Shown here in pieces: positions 17,720-26,641 of a stretch of DNA of 59,795 nucleotides. The number at the start of each line of letters is the position of its first letter. Position 1 is the first letter of the stretch. The notes beneath the pieces are model-generated. The model was not told where the DNA came from and did no database searches. It saw nothing but the letters and a program-made list of their open reading frames with translations. This stretch comes from a virus (taxonomy: Duplodnaviria > Caudoviricetes): IMG/VR virus record IMGVR_UViG_3300045135_002103, positions 1 to 59,795 of that record; one strand, 5' to 3'. Position numbers and translations under genes: made by a program.

Positions 17720-18477
17720 TATATCTTACTGGTGCTAATGGGCTTGTAGGGAGTAGGTTATCTGTATGTCTTGGTGATATGAAAGTCACCAAGATATCTT
17801 ATAGGGATGAAGTTCCAGATGTATTTGAATCGCACAATGAATCATATCTTATTCATCTTGGATGGTCTTCTACAACTAGAGCAAAGGATAAGTCTATTGA
17901 GAAGGATGTAGTTAATAGTAAAAAACTATTTGAACTTTACCAAAAAAAGAATCCCAACGGTCACATTATATTTCTATCAACAGCAGGTGACTTGCATAGA
18001 GATATTGAAGATGATATTCCTACTCCACATTCACTCTATGGAAAATGTAAACTCCATGTTGAGAATATTCTGAATGAACTTGAATGCAATACAACTATCT
18101 TCAGGGTGACCAACATTTGGGGTGGTGTTGTTGATAAGAAGAGAGTTAATGGTCTTGTAGATAAACTTCTCACACTTCTTGACACTGATGAATTTGTAGA
18201 AATATATGCAAATCTAAAGACCGTTGTGGATATTATTCATGTTGATGATATTATAAGTCTGATACAAAAAACAATACAGTGTCCACCACTCACAAAACAT
18301 AGAACGTTCTTAGTTGGTTCTCAAAACATCACCATCTATGATATAATAGATAGAGTGTCAATGCGTGGTACTCTGAACCTAAAACTAAATCAAAAAGCAG
18401 AAAAGTCATATCTGAATATTGATAATAGTAAGGTGAAAGAAACCTTTGATTGGGAACCCAAACATTATCTAAAATGA
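17716..18477 (+). CDS. NAD-dependent epimerase/dehydratase
   Basis: GANGLVG, YGKCK. Confidence 0.75.
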   Translation: MIYLTGANGLVGSRLSVCLGDMKVTKISYRDEVPDVFESHNESYLIHLGWSSTTRAKDKSIEKDVVNSKKLFELYQKKNPNGHIIFLSTAGDLHRDIEDDIPTPHSLYGKCKLHVENILNELECNTTIFRVTNIWGGVVDKKRVNGLVDKLLTLLDTDEFVEIYANLKTVVDIIHVDDIISLIQKTIQCPPLTKHRTFLVGSQNITIYDIIDRVSMRGTLNLKLNQKAEKSYLNIDNSKVKETFDWEPKHYLK

Positions 18478-19205
18478 AACTTGCTATTACATTTTGGGGA
18501 ACTCAAAAGTATATTGAGTTCCTTCCAGAATGGTATGAAAGACTTGAAAAGTATTTTGTGCCTAATGTAGAAAAACAATACTTTGTTTTTACTGATGGAG
18601 ACCTTGAGGGGTGTCCAGATAATATTACAAAAATGGAAATACCTCATTATGGTTTTCCTACGACATATCACAAAACCTTTGAGGAGATGCTGAAACTTCA
18701 AGATAAAGTTTCAGACTTTGATTGGTTGGTGACAGTTGATGCCGATCTCTATGTTCAACAAAATGTTGAGTATGGAGAGTTTTTTGATGAAAGTAAAAAA
18801 TATTTTGGCGTCCAACATCCCTGCCAATATCTAGACTTTCCTCCTCATAATGAATATCCAGGATCTTTTGATGTAAATCCAGCATCAAATGCTTTTATTG
18901 ATAATAGTATTATGGATATGTCAGTTTATTATCAAGGGTGTTTATGGGGTGGCAAAGTTCCATACATCTTTGATATGATGAAACAAATAGATGAATGGAC
19001 AAAAGATGACTTAAGTAGAAATGTTTCAGCAAGATACTTTGAGGAGAGTTACATGAATAAGTGGTATGCAACTCATAAAGCAGAAACTCACACTGTTCCT
19101 CCCAGTTACGCATATCCAGAAATGTTTGCAAGTTATTGTACTTTTGAAAATAAGATGATGCACCTTGCAAAAGATAATAAAGCACTAGACAATAATCAGT
19201 GGTAA
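18474..19205 (+). CDS. GT6-family glycosyltransferase
   Basis: YFVFTD, DAD, YYQGCLWGG, EESYMNK, PSYAYPE, LAKD. Confidence 0.8.
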   Translation: MKLAITFWGTQKYIEFLPEWYERLEKYFVPNVEKQYFVFTDGDLEGCPDNITKMEIPHYGFPTTYHKTFEEMLKLQDKVSDFDWLVTVDADLYVQQNVEYGEFFDESKKYFGVQHPCQYLDFPPHNEYPGSFDVNPASNAFIDNSIMDMSVYYQGCLWGGKVPYIFDMMKQIDEWTKDDLSRNVSARYFEESYMNKWYATHKAETHTVPPSYAYPEMFASYCTFENKMMHLAKDNKALDNNQW

Positions 19206-19209
19206 AATT

Positions 19210-19974
19210 ATGAAAACAAATGTTTATTATCATATCTGGTCTCCCGCAGATACAGATCTGTGGAAGATCATGGTTGATGAGCAGATCAAACGACTGTATC
19301 GTTCTGGACTTCCAGAAGTTGCAACAGTAAAATGTGCTATCAATGGACCGCAAGCGTCTAGAATCAAACAGTTTGTGTCTCTATACGACTGGATCAATAT
19401 TGTTGATTGTAGGGATAGTGATGAAGAATATGAAGGATTTACTCTTAAGCATCTTTACGAAGACTGTTTGAATGAACGTGCTACAAAGGTGATGTATTTC
19501 CACACAAAAGGAATTAGTCATATGTGTGGTGTACGAGACCAGTATTCTGACCGTAAGGTACGTGCAATAAATAGTTGGAGACACCTCATGGAATGGGGTT
19601 GTATTGATAAATGGAAAGAGAACCTTGAACGACTTGATACGTATCAAGTCACCGGAGTCAACTATTGCTTGGACCCATGGCCACATATGAGTGGTAACTT
19701 TTGGTGGGCGAGAGCAGACTATATTGCAAATCTTCAACATCCTACTAAAGATGCTTTCGTCAGAGAGAAGGAAGACTTTGGTCCTATTGAAAGGATGAAC
19801 TTTGAGAAGTGGGTGGGTATGAAAGACCCATCTGTCTTCAGTTTTTATAACCCTCCATTTAGCTACGATTTTAAGGACTTAGTTCCTGACGTTCAACCTA
19901 CTCCTCCAGGAGAACCTCATTGGTTCTGGTTGTACCGTGACGACATTCATCCACACTATTTGAAAGAAGCATGA
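19210..19974 (+). CDS. hypothetical protein, putative glycan-modifying enzyme
   Basis: YFHTKG and SGNFWWA motifs; in the glycan cluster. Confidence 0.6.
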   Translation: MKTNVYYHIWSPADTDLWKIMVDEQIKRLYRSGLPEVATVKCAINGPQASRIKQFVSLYDWINIVDCRDSDEEYEGFTLKHLYEDCLNERATKVMYFHTKGISHMCGVRDQYSDRKVRAINSWRHLMEWGCIDKWKENLERLDTYQVTGVNYCLDPWPHMSGNFWWARADYIANLQHPTKDAFVREKEDFGPIERMNFEKWVGMKDPSVFSFYNPPFSYDFKDLVPDVQPTPPGEPHWFWLYRDDIHPHYLKEA

Positions 19975-20699
19975 CCGCAAAATTCGGATGTTTTCATACA
20001 GTTTATGAAAACAAAAAGGCAACTGAGTTTATTCTCCAAGAGTTTAGAAAGTTTCATCCAGATGCACCATACACTATTTGTTGTGATGGTGGTGTTGATT
20101 ATTCTGACCTTTGTGAAAAGTATAATGTAAACTACGTCCATTCATATATGAGGATTGGTCGCAGGAACTCTGGTCATGAGTCTGGCATCTATGGATTCAC
20201 TAAAGATGAAAGTCTTCATTGGATTCATATGTTCCGTGAAGCAGCACGTTTTGTGAAAAAGAATGGTGGAACACATATGATCATGATGGAGGATGATGTT
20301 CTGACACAACATCCTATTAAGATTGATCCTAACTGGCAGTGTGCTGGGTTTGATGTTCCTGGCAATAAAATTACTCCACAACTTCTTCAATATTTGAAGA
20401 CAAAATATGGGTCAACTCCTAATGTTGATTGGTATGGTGCTGGTGGTGGAAGTGTCTATAATATTGATACTTTCCTTGACAACTATCACAAAATCTACGA
20501 CTTCATTGATTTTGACTTTGATTATATTTTGAAGTTTCTTGACTATCGCTTTGGGTGGTTGGATCTTTATATGCAGATTGCATATTTTGTTCTTGGAAAA
20601 GATTATTCTATCAATACCAACCTAACCGAAGTTTGGAAAACTCCTAACTTTCGCGAAACTGACTTCGCACTTGTACACGCATATAAGGAACTTTACTGA
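19971..20699 (+). CDS. putative GT-A-fold glycosyltransferase
   Basis: CCDGG, MEDDV. Confidence 0.6.
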   Translation: MTAKFGCFHTVYENKKATEFILQEFRKFHPDAPYTICCDGGVDYSDLCEKYNVNYVHSYMRIGRRNSGHESGIYGFTKDESLHWIHMFREAARFVKKNGGTHMIMMEDDVLTQHPIKIDPNWQCAGFDVPGNKITPQLLQYLKTKYGSTPNVDWYGAGGGSVYNIDTFLDNYHKIYDFIDFDFDYILKFLDYRFGWLDLYMQIAYFVLGKDYSINTNLTEVWKTPNFRETDFALVHAYKELY

Positions 20700-21676
20700 T
20701 GAAACTTGCAATGATTGGACCAGGCATTATGCCTATTCCCCCTGATGGTTGGGGTGCTGTTGAAAGTCTTATTTGGGACTATGCCCTAGAACTTGACGAA
20801 TTGGGACATGAAGGAACTATCACAAACACTCAAGACTGGGATGAAATTATCCGATTGTTGAATGAAGATGAGTTTGAGTTTGCTCATCTTCATTATGATG
20901 TGTTCCATCCTCTTATGGATAGAGTTGCTGCCGAAACCAATATTCCTAAATTGGCAATGAGTAGCCATTATCCATATATTGATCAACCTCATATGCATCG
21001 TCGTGATGGATATGATCGAACTTTTGACTGGATCATCAACAACAAACGTTACTATATCTTCTGCATCTCTAAGAAGGACTATCATACCTTCAAGAATGCA
21101 GGTGCTGATGAGAGTAGACTGCTCTTGTCAGAGAATGGTGCAAACCATAAACGTTTCACCTATCGTAGTGAAGCAGTTCTGCCAGACCGTTCTCTGTATC
21201 TTGGACAGATTTATCATCGCAAGAAGCAGTGGCTCTATCAGGATATTGAGTCTATTGACTATGTTGGACAGGATACTGGTGCAACTCCATTTGACCAATC
21301 TAAGAACTATCTTGGTGAATGGACTGATGCCTATAAGCGTGAGCACTTCACTGACTATGGTAGTCTGGTGCTTCTGTCAGATGGTGAGAATGGAACGCCT
21401 CTGGTGGTCAAGGAGGCACTAGTAAATGGTCTTGGAGTAGTTATCTCTAAGTATGCTGCACATGACCTTCCAGAGGGTCTTCCGTTCGTTACAGTCATTC
21501 CTGACGACAAACTGACTGATATTGAATACGTTGAGGAGAAAATCAAAGAGAACCGTGAGGTGTCTGTTGGTATGCGTGACGAAATTCGTGAGTACGCTAT
21601 TGATAACTTCTCTTGGGAAAGTCTTGTGAAACTCTATGCACAAAACATTGAAAAGTTGGAAGCAAATGCGAATTAG
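20699..21676 (+). CDS. GT4-like glycosyltransferase
   Basis: PIPPDGWGAVE, LVVKEALVNG, FSW; paralog of the next gene. Confidence 0.75.
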   Translation: MKLAMIGPGIMPIPPDGWGAVESLIWDYALELDELGHEGTITNTQDWDEIIRLLNEDEFEFAHLHYDVFHPLMDRVAAETNIPKLAMSSHYPYIDQPHMHRRDGYDRTFDWIINNKRYYIFCISKKDYHTFKNAGADESRLLLSENGANHKRFTYRSEAVLPDRSLYLGQIYHRKKQWLYQDIESIDYVGQDTGATPFDQSKNYLGEWTDAYKREHFTDYGSLVLLSDGENGTPLVVKEALVNGLGVVISKYAAHDLPEGLPFVTVIPDDKLTDIEYVEEKIKENREVSVGMRDEIREYAIDNFSWESLVKLYAQNIEKLEANAN

Positions 21677-22616
21677 TATTGTTGGACCAGCACTTCCCAT
21701 TCCACCAAATGGTTGGGGTGCTGTTGAGTCTCTGATATGGGACATGAAGTTGTCTTTAGACAAGTTGGGTCATGAGGTACAAATAGTAAATGTGCCTGAC
21801 CCACTTCAAATCATTCGGATGATAAATGAGTTCCGTCCAGACTTTGTGCATATTAACTATGACGACTGGGTGCCTTTATGTGAATACATTCAATATCCTT
21901 GTGCAACCACTACACACTTTGCATATATTGAACGTCCAGAACTAATGGGTGGATATAAACAAAGAGTGTTTGATCATTTCACACGTATTAAACCAAATGT
22001 ATTCGGACTTTCTGATGGTATCAATAATATCTACAATGATATTGCAGATATTCCTAGAGAAAAACTTTATTTGAATCCTAACGGAGTGATGATAGAGAAC
22101 TTTAGAACTACCATGGAACCCGAGTTTCCAGATAGATCAATTTACTTAGCAAAAGTTGATCATAGGAAGAGGCAATACTTATTTCAGAATATTGACTCTC
22201 TTTGGTATGCTGGTAACATCGCAGAACAAAGGTTTGACCAGTCCAAGAACTATCTTGGCGAATGGCAGAAAGAAGTTCTATATCAGAACCTAACTGATTA
22301 TGGCAATCTTGTTCTTCTTTCTGATGGTGAAGCGCATCCATTAGTATGCATGGAAGCATTTGCCGCTGGACTTGGTGTGGTTGTTAGTGAGTGGGCAACT
22401 GCTAATCTTGACCTAGATAAGAAGTTCATCACTGTTATTCCAGAAGAAAAGGTGGACGATGTTGCATACGTTGAAGAGAAGATCGTTGAGAACAGAAAAT
22501 ATTCTGTAGATCATCGTGAAGAAATACTTGACTATGCAAAAGAATTTGAATGGTGTAAAATACTAAAAGAATATTACTTACCAAATATACAAAAAGTTAT
22601 CAATGGTTACTCTTAA
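21666..22616 (+). CDS. GT4-like glycosyltransferase
   Basis: PIPPNGWGAVE, PLVCMEAFAAG. Confidence 0.75.
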   Translation: MRISIVGPALPIPPNGWGAVESLIWDMKLSLDKLGHEVQIVNVPDPLQIIRMINEFRPDFVHINYDDWVPLCEYIQYPCATTTHFAYIERPELMGGYKQRVFDHFTRIKPNVFGLSDGINNIYNDIADIPREKLYLNPNGVMIENFRTTMEPEFPDRSIYLAKVDHRKRQYLFQNIDSLWYAGNIAEQRFDQSKNYLGEWQKEVLYQNLTDYGNLVLLSDGEAHPLVCMEAFAAGLGVVVSEWATANLDLDKKFITVIPEEKVDDVAYVEEKIVENRKYSVDHREEILDYAKEFEWCKILKEYYLPNIQKVINGYS

Positions 22617-23436
22617 GCAAACTCTAGATAAAAATAAGTCGTCTTATAAACTGAAGAATTTTGGTCCCATCTACTGTATTAATCTTGATGGACAACCAGA
22701 ACGTTGGAAGTATATGGAAGAACAGTTTGAATACTGGGATATTGATAACTATCAACGTATTTCTGCATACGATGGTCGTGAAGATGACTTGGGAGATATC
22801 TTAAAAGGAAGATATCCTGATAATATGACTTCTGGTGAAGTCGGTTGTGTCACTTCTCACCTTAAAGCAATTAAGCATTGGTATGAAACTTCAGATAGTC
22901 CATATGCAATCATCATGGAAGATGATTGCAATCTTGACCTAGTACGGTATTGGAACTTCACTTGGAATGATGCTATTTCCAGAGTTCCATATGATTGGGA
23001 TCTACTTCAACTTGCCATTATTTGTACAGGAGATATTCATATTAAAATTCATAAACGTTTTGTAAATGAGTTTTCTACTGCTTGCTATGCAATTACAAGG
23101 CATCATGCCGAAAAAATGATTCGTCTTCACTGTCGAGGAGACAAATATAAACTGGATAATGGTGTTCGTCCACGCCCTGTTGCGGATGACTTGTTGTACA
23201 ACTCAGGAAATTCATATTCAATTCCATTCCTTCTTTATAAGATTGAGATGGGTTCTAGTATTCATCCAGAACATGTTGAAATCTTTCACAAAGGCAACCA
23301 CAAAGCAATTATGAACTTTTGGCAAACCCAGGGTGCGGGCTTTACAATTGATGACCTGATGGACTATAATCCTTATCTAGGCAGGACGGTTGAAAGTTCT
23401 GCCCAGAACCAAGGTGAGGAAAACCCACCTACTTGA
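22603..23436 (+). CDS. GT25-family glycosyltransferase
   Basis: YCINL..R, GEVGCVTSH, IMEDD, STACY. Confidence 0.85.
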   Translation: MVTLKQTLDKNKSSYKLKNFGPIYCINLDGQPERWKYMEEQFEYWDIDNYQRISAYDGREDDLGDILKGRYPDNMTSGEVGCVTSHLKAIKHWYETSDSPYAIIMEDDCNLDLVRYWNFTWNDAISRVPYDWDLLQLAIICTGDIHIKIHKRFVNEFSTACYAITRHHAEKMIRLHCRGDKYKLDNGVRPRPVADDLLYNSGNSYSIPFLLYKIEMGSSIHPEHVEIFHKGNHKAIMNFWQTQGAGFTIDDLMDYNPYLGRTVESSAQNQGEENPPT

Positions 23437-23466
23437 CAGTTCCAAAAGAAACTGTTAGTATAAATA
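23433..23466 (+). promoter_or_regulatory. overlapping early (sigma70) and late promoter
   Basis: TTGACA-N17-TAGTAT with TATAAATA at 23459. Confidence 0.7.
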
Positions 23467-23471
23467 CTTAA

Positions 23472-23560
23472 CCTTTTGTCTTTCAGTAATTAAAGTAACA
23501 AAAGGATACAAACGGGGAGTTGTCGATTCCCCTTTCATCTGCGGGTAACCATTCCGCAAG
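23472..23560 (+). ncRNA. structured 5' leader of the beta-barrel gene
   Basis: Hairpins CCTTTTGT/ACAAAAGG, GGGGAGT/ATTCCCC, TGCGG/CCGCA. Confidence 0.45.
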
Positions 23561-23581
23561 TAAACAAACGAGGTAAAACAA

Positions 23582-23947
23582 ATGATTAAATCTGTATTCG
23601 CAGCAACTGCTGCTCTGTCTATGTCCGCAGGCGCTGCCCTTGCAGGTCCTTATGTTAATGTGGAAGCAAATGCAGGATGGACGGGAGACGATTACTCCGG
23701 AGCAACTACAGATGTCCATGTAGGCTACGAGGGTGCTCTGGGTGATGCTTCCTACTATGTCCAGGCAGGTCCAGCAATCGTTGCTGTTGATGGAGAAGAC
23801 ACCGAGACCCGTTTCTCTGGTAAAGCAGGCGTTGGAGTCCCTGTTACAGATGCTATCGGAGTCTATGGTGAGCTCTCCTTCCAAACTGCTGACGACGCTG
23901 ATGATCTTGGCGTCGGTGGTAAACTGGGTGTGAAGTACAACTTCTGA
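23582..23947 (+). CDS. small outer-membrane beta-barrel protein
   Basis: Signal peptide ending ALA-GPY, amphipathic strands, C-terminal KYNF. Confidence 0.75.
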   Translation: MIKSVFAATAALSMSAGAALAGPYVNVEANAGWTGDDYSGATTDVHVGYEGALGDASYYVQAGPAIVAVDGEDTETRFSGKAGVGVPVTDAIGVYGELSFQTADDADDLGVGGKLGVKYNF

Positions 23948-23967
23948 TTCTAATATCATAATATCCT

Positions 23968-23995
23968 AACCCCCTCTTTAGGAGGGGGTTTTTTT
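23968..23995 (+). terminator. intrinsic terminator
   Basis: AACCCCCTC/GAGGGGGTT + T-run. Confidence 0.8.
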
Positions 23996-23996
23996 A

Positions 23997-24097
23997 TGGT
24001 AAAATTTTGGTTAAACTGCTCTATATACCAAGGTTTGTATAAGATTAAATCAACTTAACTTGATCTTAAATACAGATTCCGAAGACACTGTTATAAT
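23997..24097 (+). promoter_or_regulatory. Pho-box promoter of the beta-barrel/pstS operon
   Basis: CTTAACTT-gat-CTTAAATA (24054-24072) before an extended -10 TGtTATAAT; TTTAACCA-aaa-TTTTACCA on the minus strand at 23997-24015. Confidence 0.65.
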
Positions 24098-24145
24098 AAC
24101 AAGGTCTTCAAATGACAAACCCGCAAACATTACCAAAGTATTCAA

Positions 24146-24517
24146 ATGAAAACACAAGCACTTGCCGCACTGGCACTTTGCGCCCTGGCGACACCTGCTA
24201 TGGCTGGTCCCTATGTTTCTACTAAGTCGGAATTCAAGGGAGACGAAGAAGGATATAGCAAAACTGTACACCAAGCCCGATTTGGTTATGCAACCAAACT
24301 GAGCAATGGTATTAAACCCTATGCTGAAATCGGTGCAGGTCTTTCTGCTGCTGATGGTGTAGAAATTCTGGATGGTGATAACTTCACTGTTGCAGAAGTC
24401 GGAGCATCAATCCCCATCACTGAGTCTTTCTCTGCAAAGGCAAAGTTTGAGCACAAGTGGGGTGATAATGATGCCCGTGATTGGAAGTTTGAAGTCGGTA
24501 CAAAGTATAAGTTCTGA
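24146..24517 (+). CDS. small outer-membrane beta-barrel protein (pstS-linked)
   Basis: Signal peptide ending AMA-GPY, C-terminal KYKF; paralog of 23582..23947. Confidence 0.75.
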   Translation: MKTQALAALALCALATPAMAGPYVSTKSEFKGDEEGYSKTVHQARFGYATKLSNGIKPYAEIGAGLSAADGVEILDGDNFTVAEVGASIPITESFSAKAKFEHKWGDNDARDWKFEVGTKYKF

Positions 24518-24528
24518 GGAATTGAAAA

Positions 24529-25524
24529 ATGAAACGTTCACTTCTCCTTGCGGCAGGTATCACTGCTGCTATCAGTATTCCCGCAGCTGCACAGGCTTTC
24601 TGGTGGGGTGGGGACAAGAAGGCAGACGCCCCTGCTGTCTTCAAACTCAACGGGGCAGGTGCGACATTCCCTGCTCCCCTGTATAACTCTTGGTTCCAAT
24701 CTTTCAATAAAGAAACTGGAAATCAAGTGAACTATCAAGCAGTTGGTAGTGGTGCTGGTGTCCGTCAGTTTACTGCTAAGACTGTTGACTTCGGTGCTTC
24801 TGATGGTGCTGTGTCAGATGCTAAGCAGAAACTACCTATGATTCATGTCCCCATGACTGGTGGTGCCATTGTTCCTGCTTATAACCTGCCTGGTTGTGAT
24901 GCCAAGATGACTCAGACTGAACTTGCTGATGTCTTCCTTGGTAAGATTACAAACTGGAGCACTTTCGGTTGTGCTGACAAGCAGATCGTTACGGTCCATC
25001 GTTCTGATGGTTCTGGTACTACCAAAGGTTTCACTAACTCTCTGGCAGCATTCTCTCCCGAGTGGAAGAAAACTGTAGGAACTGGTAAGTCTGTCCAGTG
25101 GCCTGTTGGTGTTGGTGGTAAGGGTAACTCTGGTGTTGCTGGTGTTATCAAGAACACTCAAGGTGCTATTGGTTATCTGAACTATGGTTATGTGAACGGT
25201 GGTAAGTTCCAACAGGTTGCTCTGCAAAACAAGGCAGGTAACTTTGTAAAAGCAAACAGTGAAACTTCTGCTGCAGGACTTGCCAAGATTGTCTTAGATG
25301 ATAAACTTCGTGGGGCAGATCCTAACCCTGCAGGTGCGAATGCTTACCCAATCGTATCTCTGACCTGGATCCTTGCTTATCCTGAATCCAAAACTGGAGT
25401 GAAGGAAACTCTTCGTTATATGTTGAGTGAAAAAGCACAATCCGTTTCAGATTCTTTGGGTTATGTTCCTCTCCCAGAGTCTCTTCGACAGAAATCTCTT
25501 GCTGCTGTTGACTCTATTAAGTGA
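24529..25524 (+). CDS. pstS: phosphate ABC transporter substrate-binding protein
   Basis: GAGATFPAP, GSGAG, DFGASD, RSDGSGTT, YPIV. Confidence 0.97.
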   Translation: MKRSLLLAAGITAAISIPAAAQAFWWGGDKKADAPAVFKLNGAGATFPAPLYNSWFQSFNKETGNQVNYQAVGSGAGVRQFTAKTVDFGASDGAVSDAKQKLPMIHVPMTGGAIVPAYNLPGCDAKMTQTELADVFLGKITNWSTFGCADKQIVTVHRSDGSGTTKGFTNSLAAFSPEWKKTVGTGKSVQWPVGVGGKGNSGVAGVIKNTQGAIGYLNYGYVNGGKFQQVALQNKAGNFVKANSETSAAGLAKIVLDDKLRGADPNPAGANAYPIVSLTWILAYPESKTGVKETLRYMLSEKAQSVSDSLGYVPLPESLRQKSLAAVDSIK

Positions 25525-25543
25525 TATAAGTATAAATCACTAC

Positions 25544-25599
25544 AAAGCACCTCTTGACAGAGGTGCTTTTTTACTATATACTATGTAAAGAAATATAAC
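25544..25599 (+). terminator. pstS terminator whose loop is the -35 of the hli promoter; HLR1-like site downstream
   Basis: AAAGCACCTC-TTGACA-GAGGTGCTTT; TATACT at 25577; GTTATATT-tc-TTTACATA on the minus strand at 25582-25599. Confidence 0.75.
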
Positions 25600-25609
25600 A
25601 GGAGGTAAC

Positions 25610-25828
25610 GTGACTGTTACAACTAATGAGCATGGACAGCAAAATCTTTTTGCAAAAGAACCACAGATGTACATCTCTAAGACAGATGCAGAACGTTATG
25701 GTTATGAAACCTATGCCGAAAAAGCAGAGAAGTTGAATGGACGCACTGCTATGCTTGGATTTGTTGCTGCTATTGTTTCTTATACTTTCAGTGGTAGCGT
25801 ATTTTTCTTTGGAGCATTTGGATTCTGA
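25610..25828 (+). CDS. hli: high-light-inducible protein
   Basis: AEKLNGRTAMLGF motif. Confidence 0.93.
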   Translation: MTVTTNEHGQQNLFAKEPQMYISKTDAERYGYETYAEKAEKLNGRTAMLGFVAAIVSYTFSGSVFFFGAFGF

Positions 25829-25914
25829 TGACTGAAGTAATTTTCACTTTAACTTCTGTTGCATTTTTTGTGCTTCTGGGTTATTCTGTACAACAACTCG
25901 CTGAAACTTATTGA
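25828..25914 (+). CDS. 28-aa single-TM protein
   Basis: MTEVIFTLTSVAFFVLLGYSVQQLAETY*, TGATG-coupled at both ends. Confidence 0.55.
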   Translation: MTEVIFTLTSVAFFVLLGYSVQQLAETY

Positions 25915-26204
25915 TGAATAAGTTCTACCTCTTTTCTAAAAAGTCTTGTGGACCTTGTGCTCTTGTAGATAAATACATGGCAGCAATCAAGGATGAACGC
26001 ACTTCTCTTTTAGAAAAAGTAGACCTTGAAGACTTTAGTGATACCCCCATTCCACAGGAGAACCTTGACCTTGCATCTAAGTACGGTGTAACGGCAACTC
26101 CTGTTCTTATCGTCACATCACCCAACGGTACGTTGCTTGATGAAAAGATTGGGGGTATGCAGATTACACAAAACATTAGAAAGTTATTTGACCAATATGC
26201 CTGA
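25914..26204 (+). CDS. thioredoxin-like protein
   Basis: CGPC active site, cis-Pro motif ATP. Confidence 0.8.
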   Translation: MNKFYLFSKKSCGPCALVDKYMAAIKDERTSLLEKVDLEDFSDTPIPQENLDLASKYGVTATPVLIVTSPNGTLLDEKIGGMQITQNIRKLFDQYA

Positions 26205-26346
26205 TCCAGACGCACTATGGAAAGATGTCCAGAAACTCGACGATTTGTATGAAGAGCTACTGTGGCATCCTGACGATGAGTTACAATTCACCCATGATGG
26301 CAAAAGGGTCATCATTACAAACAAAACATTAGAGGAAAAACAATGA
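26197..26346 (+). CDS. hypothetical protein
   Basis: Trimmed track ORF MPDPDALWKD... Confidence 0.55.
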   Translation: MPDPDALWKDVQKLDDLYEELLWHPDDELQFTHDGKRVIITNKTLEEKQ

Positions 26347-26450
26347 ACGAAAAAGCAGAACGTATTAATGGTTGGGCAGCAATGATTGGAGTCATGGCTG
26401 CAATGGGTTCATATGCAACTACTGGGCAAATCATCCCAGGAGTATGGTGA
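26343..26450 (+). CDS. hli: high-light-inducible protein (35 aa)
   Basis: MNEKAERINGWAAMIGVMAAMGSYATTGQIIPGVW*: AExxNG and TGQIIPG motifs; missing from the ORF track. Confidence 0.92.
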   Translation: MNEKAERINGWAAMIGVMAAMGSYATTGQIIPGVW

Positions 26451-26587
26451 GCGACGTGTTAGTCATAGCAGCGGCCATGATAGGGGGATTTATATTTGCT
26501 GCCCTATTAACCGATGGAAACGTTGATGATGATGACAATGGACCAGGTGGTGGGATGCTACAACCTGCATACGTTCCCACCCCTTGA
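26444..26587 (+). CDS. small membrane protein with DDDD-GGGM motif
   Basis: TM helix followed by DDDDNGPGGGMLQP. Confidence 0.55.
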   Translation: MVSDVLVIAAAMIGGFIFAALLTDGNVDDDDNGPGGGMLQPAYVPTP

Positions 26588-26641
26588 CAAACACAATTAA
26601 ATACTTTATAATTGGGGAGCAAATTCTTGTTCCCTATTTTT

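Noticed and set aside
23495-23509. Possible NtcA box upstream of the beta-barrel gene
   Set aside because: Spacing is GTA-N9-TAC, and the bases are better explained as a hairpin arm.
23483-23959. 158-aa minus-strand ORF
   Set aside because: Antisense shadow of the codon-biased beta-barrel gene.
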